Source: Octopus bimaculoides (lineage: Eukaryota). Taken from it: 63,479 nt of DNA. The stretch spans positions 35,947,476 to 36,010,954 of the forward strand of contig NC_068984.1 in assembly GCF_001194135.2 (NCBI RefSeq), read 5' to 3'. Below the pieces are notes generated by a model. That model worked only from the letters and a program-made list of their open reading frames with translations, was not told where the DNA came from and made no database searches. Shown here one piece after another: positions 49,211-62,992 of the stretch. A program made the position numbers and the translations under genes. Numbering within the stretch: the first letter of the stretch is position 1; the number at the start of each line of letters is the position of its first letter.

Positions 49211-52101
49211 CACATATCTATACACACACACACATATATATATATATATACACAGTTATATACATTTCTGTATAGACACACACATCCGTACACACACATA
49301 TATGTGTGTGTGGAGGGGTGTTTTACTGAAATTATCTGATTTTGATTTGATTTGTGCTCTGTCGGTGTGTTTACACGAGAAAGATAATTGCCGATTAGTG
49401 CGTACATTTGAAATATGTTACTGTATATGACAAAAAGCAATAAAAAATCGATAATATGTTTATATATTTCTTGGATATTTATCCATCAATGTTTTAGTCA
49501 TTTGTTCACAATTTTCTCTGATGTTATTTCATTGGTTCAATGGATATTGATTCGGAAATTATTTTGTATAAACAATTCATAAGGCACTCACTATTATCAG
49601 AATTGTCAACTGCATTCAGTTTCCACAATTTGGTTATTTGGTTATCATTCCATTAATGTTATATTTTCGCCTGTTACATTCTTGTCTATTGAACAGCTCA
49701 CTCGATCTAGAAGAACATCAATTCAAGTGTCCTTGTCATCAATAACTGATCGATTATCATTCGTATCGCTAACTGTGTAGATTTGTAGATTGGCATATCA
49801 CAGTCGGGTAACTTCCACGTTCTCTGTGAACCCTGAATTTATGAGTAAAACCATCTGCATTATGCATTTTTGATAACGCTGGTATGGCATAATCTGCCAT
49901 ATATGTAGGATCCCACATCTTTTATGCCGCAGTTGCTGGGTATTCATACATTTTTGCCATGTGAAGAGGGTTTCTCTGACATTCTCAAAGATTCCAAAAG
50001 TACTCTTCAAGCGATTCACATGATATTTTGATAACGTGTGTACCATCAACAAGTATTCGCCTGAGAGTTACTATTCCTCGGTTACAACTCCTTTTAGACT
50101 CATTAGAAGTTGTATCTCATTGAATTAAATTTGCAGCTGCGTGTTCTTTGCTTTTGTGTCATCTACGTCGCTCGTGTACATTTTATACATGGCATATTGT
50201 TCTGTAACAAGTCATACTAGTGAATGATGTTTAGGGTGATCTATCATTCATGTGAAGACATACTAAGTTAAAAACCGGGGTCTGCTGATATTGTTTCCTT
50301 TCTATAATAATGAGTTCGAAATAGGGCAAAAGGAGTGACTAATTGGTGGTAGAATTTCAGCGCACATATTGACGTTGGTTTCTTTCAGGATTCTATTTAT
50401 AAAGACAGCACCTGACCAGAGATTATTACCCCAAAATTTGGAGGAGAAATCTAGCAGTTACATAAATTCTTGTGACTCAAACTTATCACAATTCCCCTGC
50501 TGAATTAGAAACACTAAATTGCAATTAGTCGATATTCAAAGTAAGTATCAACATGCAGTAACTATCTAAAGCTAGATAGCTGAAGATGTAGAGGTTGCAA
50601 AACTTATGGTGTGTCATTATGTAGACATCTCATATTCATGTTCACACACACACACACACACACAAAGGTACGCGTGCGTGCATTCTTGCACACTCAAATC
50701 CATTCATATTTTTATAATAACTTGCCTTTTATAACACTTATAACATTTTGTCCAGTCAAAATCCCCATATGTTTTCTCAGTTCACACTTGTTTTTGAATC
50801 ACATCTCTGTTAATATAAGTTCAGCAAATTTTCCTATGGCAGCAAAGTTATTATTAAAGTTGATGCAGAACAAAACTTCTTCAGAGCGACAGAGATCTCT
50901 GGCCAATACAGCATAAAGCCACCACATTTAACATATATTCAGTTCTAAACAGCAATCACATGTTATTATGTTTTTACTTGTTTTCTGTAATTCTAATGAT
51001 ATACTCTAATGTACTTATTTTAATTAGTTCACTTTTGCCAGCACCAAAGTCCATTACCTGGATCTAAGCTTATTTTACTATTGACATAATTCACGTTGTC
51101 TGCTGTGTATTATATCATTATGAAGTGTATACTTGCTATAAAGCAATGACAGGTATTTTCAGTAATATTAAGTGTTAGCTTAATAATATAAACAATGTAA
51201 TATCAACCTAAATGGCCCGTTTTGTCATATTTTCATTTGAAATCCAGTAATACAAGCAAGGAATCGAGATAGAATCTTAGTAAAACGTACTTTGGAAATG
51301 CTATTGAAAATTACATATTGAACACTACTTATTCTCTCAAATGTTCTTTCATGTATATTTATTATATAAACACACGAATACATGCCTTCTGTTTCTTCCA
51401 TATTCCAACGTATACATTTGTATAAACGCTCACATCTCTACATACATACACATGTACACAGAAAGAGAGAGAGAGAAAGGAAGAGAGAGATGATAAAGGC
51501 AGCTAGTGTTTGTCACTTATAGTAGCAGAACCGGTTGTAAACATTTTGAGAAAAAATTTCAAGTAACAAAAGAAGAATATTTTACCTTAATTTTGTTTTT
51601 CTTTTTTTCTTTTTTTTTGGTGAAGAAAACCTTTTAGTGAGTGAATATCAGAATTCCCGTCATATTTCTCTTTTTACTCCTCTCTTACATTCTTTGACTC
51701 ACCCACATTACAAGATCAAAGTTAATGTGTTTACACATACCATATAATACTTGAAATAACTAATGTTCATTTTCATTGTGCCAGGGCCATATTTCTGAGG
51801 AAAACAATTTAATACGTGATGGCTCATGTTACAAGATGGTTTTTTTTTTTTTTGGTATTAAACATTGAAATGGCAGGTAAATAGGAATGGATTTAAGAAA
51901 AAAAGTTTCAGTGCTGTTCAATCATTTTAGTGGTGAAGACAGAAAGAAAAATAACAAAGGAGCAGGTATAATAACGATTATAAAATATAACCGTTTGCTG
52001 TAGATGACAAGTTCATTTCTTGTTAATATAAAGAGACATTTGACGTAGTATGTCGATAATAAAAGCTGATTAGAAACTACGATATACGTGTGTGAATGGG
52101 T

Positions 52102-52104
<3 letters not shown>

Positions 52105-52169
<65 letters not shown>
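52105..52169. repeat. (TG)n microsatellite
   Basis: Direct inspection. Confidence 0.98.
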
Positions 52170-52171
<2 letters not shown>

Positions 52172-52984
52172 TATATGTGTATTAGTATATATGGATGTGT
52201 GTATACATAAAGACGCTGTACAGAAAGAATTAACATACAACTTTATTATTCGTAAGAATTATGTCTGTTCCTCTCCCTTTAGATTTTGTAAATATAGCTA
52301 ATTTGAACTTCAGCGCACAATTAGAGAATGTGACACATTTTAGCACTGTGAATTATCATTTACTTTTCATTGGAACATTATAGTAGCTAAAGTCTTATAC
52401 GCAACTCTCTATCTTAACATAGAATTATACACTCCCTCTCACTAATCTATGTAAAGCTTTCAATACGTTGATAGAATCGCAAACCCTTCTTGACCGGTTG
52501 CGGATACTATATTCAAATGAATTCTCCTAGGATATCCACACTAACAACGAATTAGCAGACATTCCTGTTCAATAACGACTACTTCATTGAAGAATTAGCA
52601 AGTGCAGGTTATGCGGAGTAGACATATATGAGAAGGACGGGTGTACGTTTTTTTCCCGACATAGGGAAGCCATCAAAAACCTCCGATAACTGTGCGCGGC
52701 GAATACTGAGAAACGGTGGAATGGGTATTTTCTATAATAGTGCCATATAAACTATAAGCGATCCATTATTTGAGAGATAAATGAGAAAATACAACTGTTA
52801 AACCGGATATTCTAGGCATAAGCAATTCAAGCAAACGGCATTTCTGTTCCCGTAACAAAAGTAGAAATATAGTACCTACCAATAAACCGAGTGAGTAGGA
52901 GGGTATACAATATGTAGTTAAAGCTACAAGGCATTTTTTTTTTGTATGCCCGCTTTCTGGTTTATGTCTTTTCATAAGATATAG

Positions 52985-53310
52985 ATGACAGACCATGTAA
53001 GCTATCAAGAGAAAGATTCCATTGGTGTAAAGAGAAGGAGAGGATCGATTTACTGGAGCAAACACAGGAGCAGCAGCATTTCCAAGGGAAAACATGAATC
53101 ACAGAGAATACAGTATTTACAACAAATAAGAGAACATCTGCAAGATAGATTAGAAAATGAAACTTAGAGAAGACATAAAAAACTGTAAAGACATGGTTGA
53201 ATGTTACAACATTGGTGATATGAATTTTCGATGTAATCGTTTTGAAGCTCTTAGACTTATACACGAACCGCTGAACCGTTACTAAATTGAGAAAATCATG
53301 CTCTTTCAAT
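52985..53310 (+). mobile_element. Possible Helitron Rep/Hel N-terminal remnant
   Basis: QRIQYLQQIREHLQDRLENET*RRH resembles Helitron N-terminal charged repeats. It is followed by YNIGDMNFRCNRFEALRLIHEP, which resembles IG.M...C..C.AL....E. Weak. Confidence 0.3.
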
Positions 53311-53449
53311 TACAACTTTTCCCAGAAGAAATGAAATGTTTTGTTCTTAAATGAAATATACAATTTCAAAAGAAGCACCAACTTTCATGGTTCAATATAA
53401 ACGTCCACCCATCAAAAAAAATGTCGTACTTACCATGGAATTTTCTCGG

Positions 53450-54470
53450 TTTGTACTAGTTATGATTATTAGTATTTCCACTGCTCGTCTGCCTGACTGA
53501 GATGTAATCCAGGGCGAATATATCATGGTTCGTTCTTCAGTGACTGTACTCTATTTATCTCCTACTTTGAATCTTTCCTACTTTTCTGAAACTTTGTCAT
53601 CACCAGCTTCTGTAATATCAATAGTAAATAAAAACGTTCTGTTATTCTCAACCTCTGTATCAGGCTTTTGATGTTCAATTGTTTTAGCATAGTGTATCTT
53701 TAAATGTCACAGGATATTCACTTGTTATTCAATTGCTCCTAGGGTCTGCATGTAACGCCTCTCCTCTTCCTTGAATCCGTACTTACCATTGTAAAATTAT
53801 CGTGTCTTGGTCTGTACCAACTTTTGGCCATCTTCTTGCCATCATTCACAGTATAGCAGACAGTCTCATCATTATCACTGCACAACCTGCATTTGTCACT
53901 TCTTTCAGTACAGTATTCTCAATATTGAACTTGGTGTAATGTATCTTAAGTAATTGCTTCAGTATCCGGTTTCAAGTAACTCTTCCTTATTCAGTGGCAT
54001 CTACCCTCAACACCTGTGTTCGGGCTCACTGTTCTTGCAAACTGTCCATACAGTTTTTAATTTCGCCTTTTTTACACTTGTTTTTCTTGAACTCCCCTGT
54101 CATCGTGTATTTATATGTCCTAATACTCAATTGGACCAGCAAGGATCCAATGACACTTTTGTTATACCAACACAAGCTATTTGCTTCTGAACATATACAG
54201 CTTCTGAACAATTACAGCTTCTGAACATATACCAAACATCACCAAATTTTGTACTTGGTTCGACACAGCCTTCGACTACGGTTTTTGGAGCGAAATGAAC
54301 TGTGCATTGTGAGTAGCTTTCTCGATTTTCGGTATACTATTTGCAGCTGAACATTATATCTATTTGAAAATACTTGCATGTCTATAATGCAATCGTTCAT
54401 AAGACAATCGATAGTAACTAAGAATATAGATGTTTTGTAGTGATTCCTTTTTTTCCCTTGACTTCTTTCT
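53450..54470 (-). mobile_element. Decayed R4/Dong-type fragment: thumb, zinc knuckle and RLE
   Basis: Minus strand: QIVYRKSRKLLTMHSSFRSK; DKCRLCSDNDETV..WYRPRHDN; KTIEHQKPD..FTIDITEAGDDKVSEK. Contains a 17 bp x3 tandem repeat (cttctgaaca..) at ~54184-54232. Confidence 0.8.
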
Positions 54471-57400
54471 TCCATCATGTATATATATATCCCTATATAT
54501 TCCCTCCATCCATATATTCATAAATACATATATACAGATACATGTGTGTATGTGTGTGTACGGCTAGAAGAAACGTGTATGGGTGTCTGACAGTTTCGAT
54601 CATGTAAATTACATATCGCGTTAGAGTTAACTTGGACGTAGCTCAGCATTCCACAACACCATTTATTCTTCGTGTAATTCTAATGCAGAAACATCATGAC
54701 ATAGAATGTGGCATGAATGTATCTTTAAATTACTGACAAAACCCTTTCAAAGTCCTGCGGTCATCGTACTATCAAAGTTTGAGTTAGACACATGGCTAGA
54801 AAAAATAACCCGTTCAAATGTTTAGCTCCGAGCTATTGTATATTGTGTCATATATCGAAATCCAAGCCTATCATTCGCAGAAAATAAGTACATCATGCAT
54901 CGCAATATGGGAACAGTAACGAAATATGTACAGTTGGAGTATAGCAACATCTTATCGAAAACATTTCAGTTATAAGTATGCAATGCTAATTTGAAACACG
55001 TAAAAATACAATAGTGAAATTATTACATGCATTATATTATGAAATAGCTTCTTTGATTCAAGGGATTTTTTAGAGTGAAGTGTTTTCAATGAATGAGATA
55101 GTACATATCTCATAAAATCAAATTGTATTTCCGACGAGAAACCAATTTCGAAATAAACCCCTTCGATGCAGTCATAGCCTGCAATATGAGGTGATGAATT
55201 GATAGTGTTTTTATTATCATGATGCTTACTTTGTTGGGCTTTACAATCAACTGTTGAACTGCTTTCGATTATAATTGCTGGAATTTATAAAAAAATGCAA
55301 TTACTCACGTTGTAATTTGACTCATGAAACTGAAATGTGCATACTCACACATACATATGGATATGTGTGGATATGTATGTACATATGTGTATACGTGTCA
55401 ATATACGTTTGTATGTACGAATGTATATACGTAAGTATACGACAGATGATAAAAGATATTAAGCAACTACTGAACCACCTAACAGATACTTTCGGAATTA
55501 AATTTGCTGAAGCGAAATGCCCTGACAGTTGAGTAGACATTGAAGCGCTTAAATTCAATATAGAATTTTGATTAAAATGACGAACAAAAAACTAATCAAA
55601 AATATCCGAGTGTCAAAAATTAAACTTGGGTATATACTTGCACTAGTACACGAAAAATGTCCAGATATTTACAACTGCAAGAATTTGGAAATAAGGTCTG
55701 CTAAATAACAGCATAATCAATGTATCACAGAATTTATTCTGCCTTTAAATGTTATCATTTAGCATATGGACAACCTCTTGAGGCTTACTCGAACGCTGTA
55801 ATATATAGATTATGTTTGCTGAATAATTAAGTCTGATATTACAGACCAATACTGAGACTAAAGTCTGTGTAATTACCATTCACGCATTGACTGATGGCAA
55901 TGTTATTAGGCGAATCTGTAGAATTACTTGTTATTAATTGCACGCATTTTCTTTAATTTAAAGATTTGAAATTCCTATTATTCAAAACACCATTTTCCTG
56001 GAATTTCTGTCGGAATCTGATATATTGGCTTTATTTGCGTTTGTTGAACACTGTTATTACCACGTCTTCTTTCATTCTCTTGCTCACAAACTTGTCCTTT
56101 ATGTAGTTACGGTTAAACCATAGTTCTTAAGCTATCATAATAATGATAAAAAATGATATTGACGAAGTTCCGTTTTAGCAAGAAAAACTAAAGTTGAATT
56201 AACAATGAGAACAATACTGAAGGAAAGAAATCACACAAAAAACTTTACGTGTATCTCGTTGCTGTTTTCTTTGTGGGTGTAAACGAGTCACGACCTTTTT
56301 TATCTTCAAATTCTAAAAGCTAACTCAAACCTTTGTTAGCTATAAGGCCTCACACAAATATCATGTGTAAATGACTATTATTGAAAAGAAAAATCCAGTC
56401 ATGGCGAACTATTTTCATTGTGACGGAGATTGACCTATTGAAAACATTCGTTACATGTCAGTAGCAAGTTTGAAAAATAAAATACATCAGCAGCATGCAC
56501 GTCAATACAAAATAACACCACCGATAATAAACATTTTATTATATATGAATTTGTAGCAAAACAATATTGCTGGTTTGGGTCGCTTTCCCTGTACTGTCAT
56601 ATTTCTATGTTTCTGGTGAATTATCTGTTCTAATATTTCCAAAATATTCTACCTGCCAAAATATTCCAAACGTTATATATGGTAGTAAGTTCATTTCAAA
56701 ATTTCAACATGGCTAGGAGCATGTTTTTACACGAACAAAACAGACATGGCGATAAAAGTTAGTGATGTAGGGCAAGAAAGAGAAACTTGGTTAAAGTGTG
56801 TGGAAGAACGAAAACCTTTGTAGAATTAAAGTGAAATAACTATAAAGATAGAAAGATAACTTCTGAGTGAAAATGTACAGATATATTGAAACAATGCAAC
56901 AGAATGAGAATTGTGAAGGGAAAAAGAAAAAAAACATGAGTAAAGTAAAAACAAAAACCATAAAGTATGGTATAGAAAGCGAAAAAGAACGTAAGCAGAT
57001 GAAACAGCAGCAAGGGAGCTGACAGATTGTACATATATAAGCTTTGTCTTATACATGATAACCAGAGGCAGATACAGGTAGATACCCTATGGGTAAGTCA
57101 ATCGAATCATGACTATACTACAGGGATGCCAGAATGGTGATTTCCCTCCTTAGATTGGAAAACAAATTGAATATGCTTTCAAGTAACTTATATATCATAA
57201 ACGAAAACACAAAACACTATGATTGTGCGTACATGTGTAGGTTGGGGGCGGTGTTGTTAGTCGGACATGTTCGAGAAAAACAATTCCACAACATTTTGAT
57301 TAACCATCGCCACAAATGGTAGTTATGTTTTTTATATAGCGATCTAATATTTGGGCGGTACATCAGTTCACTCTACCCATCAAATCAATGTTGCACGTAC

Positions 57401-57499
57401 AGGCGCGAGATATCGTAAGTTATCGAAGTGATCACCGAACAACGTGAATCGAATTGTTTTGCTGAAGAATACTATGCACTGTGCAGCACCCTGATCACC

Positions 57500-57576
57500 A
57501 CATACAAATGTGTATGTATGTGTGTGTGAGTGAGTGAGTGAGTGTGTGTATATATGTGTGTGTGCGTACGTGTGTG

Positions 57577-57619
<43 letters not shown>

Positions 57620-57868
57620 CCGACATGCACAAATCTGAGCAGTAGCTTTTTCCAATTACTGCTTTTCTGAGTGTCCTGAAGAGGAGATTTTCACCCCGAA
57701 ATATAGAGATATACGACAAAACTGCAACTTTGTTCTGTTTTCTTTTCCTTTTGACGTATATTGTGTATCTTCTTGCATTCATTGCTTCGGCCATACACAA
57801 CTACATTCTTTAAAAATATACATACATGAATATCTGTGTGTGTGTGTGCATGTGTGTGTGTGTGTGTG

Positions 57869-57900
<32 letters not shown>

Positions 57901-57902
57901 CA
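57500..57902. repeat. Two (TG)n-rich tracts (57500-57616, 57835-57902)
   Basis: Direct inspection. Confidence 0.95.
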
Positions 57903-58384
57903 TGAATGTATTTATATATGCATGTATGTATGAACGTATATATGTTTGTCTATATGTATGTTTATATTAAAGAAATACATTATTTTCAATCAAGATTGTG
58001 GGATATTCGTTAAAGTCCTATTTTTATGCCATCTGCTAATCGCAAAAATGCGGTTTCCATGACTTTAATTTGATAACATTTTTGCTGTTTCATTAAATAT
58101 CGTGGATTTATCTCAATGGCATTTATTCAAAACCATTGCAGACACGTTGGCAAATATCAGCAACTGTTTGCGACAGCGTTTCCAATGACAGGGATAGTGG
58201 GATTGAAATTAGATGGATTTAATCTCTCCAGTTTCTTTAGAAGTAACATGTACCGTACACTCTGGGTGCAATCGAACAGGCAGACATCTTATCATTTAAT
58301 TCGAGGTTTAATTTATATATACAGTAAATATTATCTACGGAGGCGCTTTCTGACATTAAAAATACCAAACCCTCATTATCTTTC

Positions 58385-58625
58385 TGTTGTAATCCAACGT
58401 CGGACTGTTGTAGCAGTATAGTTAGAGAAGTAAGACTCGATTATTTATATCCGGCTACTCACGATTTCTCGACGTCACAGTACTTGTAACGACTAAGACC
58501 TAACACTCGTTACGCGGGAGGGGTGTTCCATCATTATTATTATCCCCATAAAATCTTCCCTTTTAATTTCTTTTTATTAGGGAGTGTAATTTTATTTATT
58601 TCTATTGGCAATAATTTTTACAACA
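58385..58625 (-). repeat. 3' LTR of the gypsy element
   Basis: Starts tgttgta and ends tacaaca (inverted termini); direct repeat of 62771-62992. A degenerate purine-rich PPT-like tract lies on the minus strand at 58626-58640. Confidence 0.8.
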
Positions 58626-61600
58626 CATTACCTCCGTTATTTCAAGTTGTTTTCCATGCAGTTACAAATTAAATTTTTTTTTTCGTTTGGCATTCACTTC
58701 TAGGAACGCTCTAAATTTTCTTTTTCTTTCAATTGTACTTCTGGGTTAAAATGTTTGTAGTGGCGTTGGTATCTGAAAAGTATCATATAACCGTTCCAGT
58801 GTTTTTTCCATTCACTTGAGTTCACTCTCGACGAATCTTATTTTTAGTTGATTCATGTGTTTCTTGTGTACCCTTTTCTTCTCTTTATCAAATGTAGCAT
58901 TTTCCATATACGTTTGGTAATCACGCCATCCTCCCAACTTTGTTTTCCGTTCTTATATGCCCAAACAAATACATTTTCACCAATTTTAAAATATCGTGTT
59001 GTATTATTTATAGCAACTTTTCTCTTCTTTTTTTTTTTTGCCAGGTAGCAGTGTGTCGAAGACTGATATTATTTTCGTCGCAAACATCAGCTCCGCTGGT
59101 GATCTACCAGGTGGCGTATTTGGATTTGATATCACCCGATATACACTTATGAATTGTTGTAGAGCTACCTCACCTGTAACGTCCTTATACGACTTTATAA
59201 GGGATCTATATTTTGAACGTATCGCTAAAACGACCAGCGTGTCCGTCAGATCTGGAATGGTATGGCACGTAGCTACATGTTCCACAGTTAAAGGTTTACA
59301 AGACTTAAACTCAAAAGCAACAAATTGTTTTTCTATTGTCAGACACTATCGTTTCTGGGACGCCAAATCTCGCAAACAGCTCACCTAGAAAGTTTGTCGT
59401 AGTTGAGGATGTTGGCCATTTACACTTACAAATTTCTGTCCATTTAGAAAAAATATCTACTACCACTAAGTAGTATGAACCAGCAAAATCGATGAGTTGG
59501 CTCGACCAAGGAACATTTACTTTTGGTCAAGGATCACTTTTTATCGTCGGTAATTTTGCCGTTAGAGCATATCCTATGCAGCCTTACACTAAATTTACGA
59601 GTTCTCTATCCATGTTTGGCCAGTACACGTAGCTACACATTAAGTCTTTCACGGTCGAAATACCAGAATGTCCAACATGGAATTTCTTTAATATTTTCTT
59701 TTGCAGTGTTTCATGTATTACTACTTACTCTGCATATATCAATACGCCATCACAAATTGAGTACCTTGAATTCGTGTGGCAACAATCCTGATCCTATTTA
59801 CTTTTCCTGTATACTTTTCATTTGTCCTTTTCCACATTTCGCTTTATGTTTTCAGGGATCACCGTTAATTTGCGTACCACATTCCTCATTAATTTTTTTT
59901 TAGTTATCTTCTGATGTTATTTCTGCGATTACCGTATCTTCGAATGTCTCAGAGTGTTTCGGTATCAGTCTGGACAAACCATCCGCATTTTGTTTTTTGT
60001 TAACGGTAAATATTCCATTTTGTAATCATAATTCAATAATGCAGTGCTCCATCGCTGTTGTCTATTCACTCTATGCGTTGGTATTCCTTTTTCTAAAACC
60101 GTTTTTGACAATAGTGGGCGTTCATCCGTTTAGAGACAGAAACGTCTTCCGTGAATAAATCTATGGAATTTTTCACACCGAATATGATTGCTGACGTTTC
60201 TTTTTATATTTAAGTGTAGTTCCTTTCTGCTAGTAATAACGATCGTGACCCATGGCCATAGCCTTTTTTATTGTTATCGTCATATTTGTGCAGAAGCACT
60301 AATCCTACACTGTAATGACTTGCATCTGTAACCAATATAATATAGGGAGATTGAGATCAAAATCCGTTAACGTTAAGTTCGATGATAAAATGCTTTTTAA
60401 TTCGTTAAATGCCTTATGACACTTATCAATCCAGCTCCATTTTGCATTTCCTTTAACAAATCCTTGAGCAGGTCCGTTACATTGTGTGCATTAGGAATGT
60501 AAATTTGGCAGTAATTTGCTAACCTCGAGAATGCTTGTAGCTTAGTCAAATTATTTAGCGCGGGCACATCTTTGATCGCAGTAGCTCTGGATGGATTCGG
60601 TTTCCGTCCGTTTTTATGTTATGTGGCACAAGTATTTAATTTTTTTCAGAAGGAACTCGCATTTCCTTTACTTAAATTAAAATCATATTCCCTTATCTTT
60701 ACGCATACCATTTTTACGTGTTCTACATGTTTGTGTGATTCGATTTTCATTAGGATATCGTCTAAATAGGCGACAGCAAAATTACGGCCCCCAGCATTGT
60801 ATCCATTACTTGCTGAAATATAGAATGGGTCACTTTTATACCGAAGAGAAGCTGGTTAATTGTATATAAGCCATGATGTATATTAATGGCGAATAAGTGT
60901 GAGCGTTCTTCATGGATTTGTAAGTATGCCTCCAAGAGTCTAATTATGAGAAGAATTTGCCTCCATTCAATGTTGCGAATACTTTCAGGACGTGGCAGTG
61001 GGCTGTTATGTGAGTTTAAGCAATCATTCAACCCCATTGAAACATCTGCACAAACGCTTAACTTATTTTAAAATGTTTGCATAGACTGTAAGTGCTGCCC
61101 AATTTAACTGGACCGTCTTCTCGATTATTCCAAGGCTTTCAAGTTCCTTATTTAGCTGTTCTAGTGTCACGATCGGTACATTACGTTTCGGTTTAAATAC
61201 AGGTGTTGCACTTTGTTTTTCTACAATATTTGCCTTCTTTTCGTGTAGCAACCCAGTTAATCAGAGAAAAAGTTTGGAAATAAATATTCTATTTTTTGTT
61301 TCAATCTCTCGGCCGCATTCGAACGTTCAACTGCACCGACTATATTCCCCCGCAAAACACTTATATGCTTATTCCACAATTTGAACAGTACCATCTACTC
61401 TATGCGGAATAGATTAACGGAATTTTTTAGCACATAGTTTTTCCATTTTCATTTAGTCACGAAATGTCACATTACAACCAAATTCACCTACAAAATACAA
61501 TCTTTAACCCATAACACCGTGTGCTATTTTTGTAGCTTTAGTTAATTTTTGCTTACCGAGATACTTTCCAATTACTTCATTCACAATGGTAATATCACTG

Positions 61601-62575
61601 CTGGTATCTAACTGCATTTTTACTTTAATATTTTCAATTTTCACATTTACAAATTTCCTCCTTGTCACGTTTCATTCGATGACATCTTGTTTATTGTTAT
61701 TTATTTGCTCCAACGTTTTGTCATTTTGATTTCACAGTGCGCTTTTACGTGTCCAATTTTTCCACAACGGAAATATTCCACCTTCTTAAATGGATGTTTT
61801 TTTTTTTCTCAGGTGTGAAACTCCACATGGGTTTGTTGCCTGATTTGTCTCTTGTTTGTACTTTAGTACACACTTGATTGTATTTTGGTACACACTCGAT
61901 TTCTATTCAGCCTGCTTAGTACTTGTTTAACTTGGGAGCAATATTTATGTTTAATTTTCTATGCGCAGTGTCTTAAAGTTACAATTCTTTCACATTATTC
62001 TGAAACTTATCGTAAGATTGCAGCCTGGTTTATTCCAGTTTAGTGAGAATTCTTGTTCTTACTTCTGCGACATTTTCTGCAATTAGTGCTTGAGTAAACA
62101 TCATATATTGGAACATATCTGACGTTAATTAGTTCAGTTTGATATTTTCACATTCTCTGCCAGCATATATGATGTTGCCCCCCCCACTCGTTGTTCTGTA
62201 GTAGGTTCAAACATTTCCAGCGTATATAAAAATATTATGCAATACGTGTATTGTATTTTTAAAGTTTATGTCAGGAGGTTTTTTCAAGGATTCTTATTTG
62301 CTGTAACCCCCATGTTCTCCTGCTGCTAGTTTCCTAAGGATTATACGCGTTTTCATATCGTCATCCCAATTATTGCACTCTTTATTGAAAATCTGTTCGT
62401 ATCTTCTAGAGAACGCCTCGAAGGTGACTCCTTCGTTTGGTTAATACTTAAATTCCGTTATTAAGTTTGTAACATAATCTGTTGAGAACATCTTTTCAGC
62501 CTTTTTCGCTTACTTATTAATCATTAATTGCAGCATTTTCGTTGTAATAGTAATTGTTATCGATGTTTTTGCTGT

Positions 62576-62609
<34 letters not shown>

Positions 62610-62757
62610 CCTGCAGTTGCTGTTGTTGTTGTTGTTGCTGTTTTTGCAGTTCCATCAAACTGGCCAACAAATCTTCCCAAATTTTACGCTTTTCTATACC
62701 GTAATATTCCCACAAAATACTTTTGCCAGTTTCGTAACTACTTGTGAATTTGTTAAT

Positions 62758-62769
62758 TCCTCGTCAACA
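62758..62769 (-). other. Degenerate primer-binding site, tRNA-Ser(GCU)-like
   Basis: The minus strand reads TGTTGACGAGGA directly after the 5' LTR, 10/12 to TGGCGACGAGGA (complement of the tRNA-Ser(GCU) 3' end as I recall it). Confidence 0.55.
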
Positions 62770-62770
62770 C

Positions 62771-62992
62771 ACTTATAATCCAACGTCGGATTGTTATAAC
62801 ATCCACTCTGGTATAACAGTATAGTTAGTTAGACAAGTAAGACACGACTATCTATGACCGACTACCTGCAACTTCTTGATTTCACAATATTTGTAACGAC
62901 TAACACATACCACTCGTCACGTTGTAGGGTTGTTCGATTATTATTATAATCCCCAGAACAACTCCATCTATAAACGTGTGTGTGTTACAAAA
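62771..62992 (-). repeat. 5' LTR of the gypsy element
   Basis: taatccaacgtcgga..cagtatag..aagtaagac..ttgtaacgactaa..cactcgt..attattat..cccca is shared with 58385-58560. The right boundary is uncertain. Confidence 0.75.

Larger units (their letters stand above)
58385..62992 (-). mobile_element. Decayed full-length Ty3/gypsy LTR retrotransposon (Mag-like), gag-PR-RT-RH-IN
   Basis: Minus strand in order: polyQ then ITEFKY*PNEGVTFEAFSRRYEQIF..MKTRIILRKL (gag); CGVSH..FRCGKIGHVKAHC (CCHC); LDTSSDITI (PR); PVFKPKRNVP, PLPRPE, FGIKVTHSIFQQVMDTML (RT); DASHYSVG, KETSAIIFGVKKFH (RH); DFAGSYYLVVVDIFSKW, VPETIVSDN, GRSPAELMF (IN). Two LTRs. Confidence 0.93.

Noticed and set aside
49798-50052. piggyBac-like GIK..W motif on the minus strand
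   Set aside because: Needs an ad hoc frameshift and has no supporting DDD motifs or TTAA ends.
52962-53309. 115 aa hydrophobic, Cys-rich minus-strand ORF as a membrane protein
   Set aside because: No recognisable family motif or splice context. AT-rich antisense frames are routinely hydrophobic.
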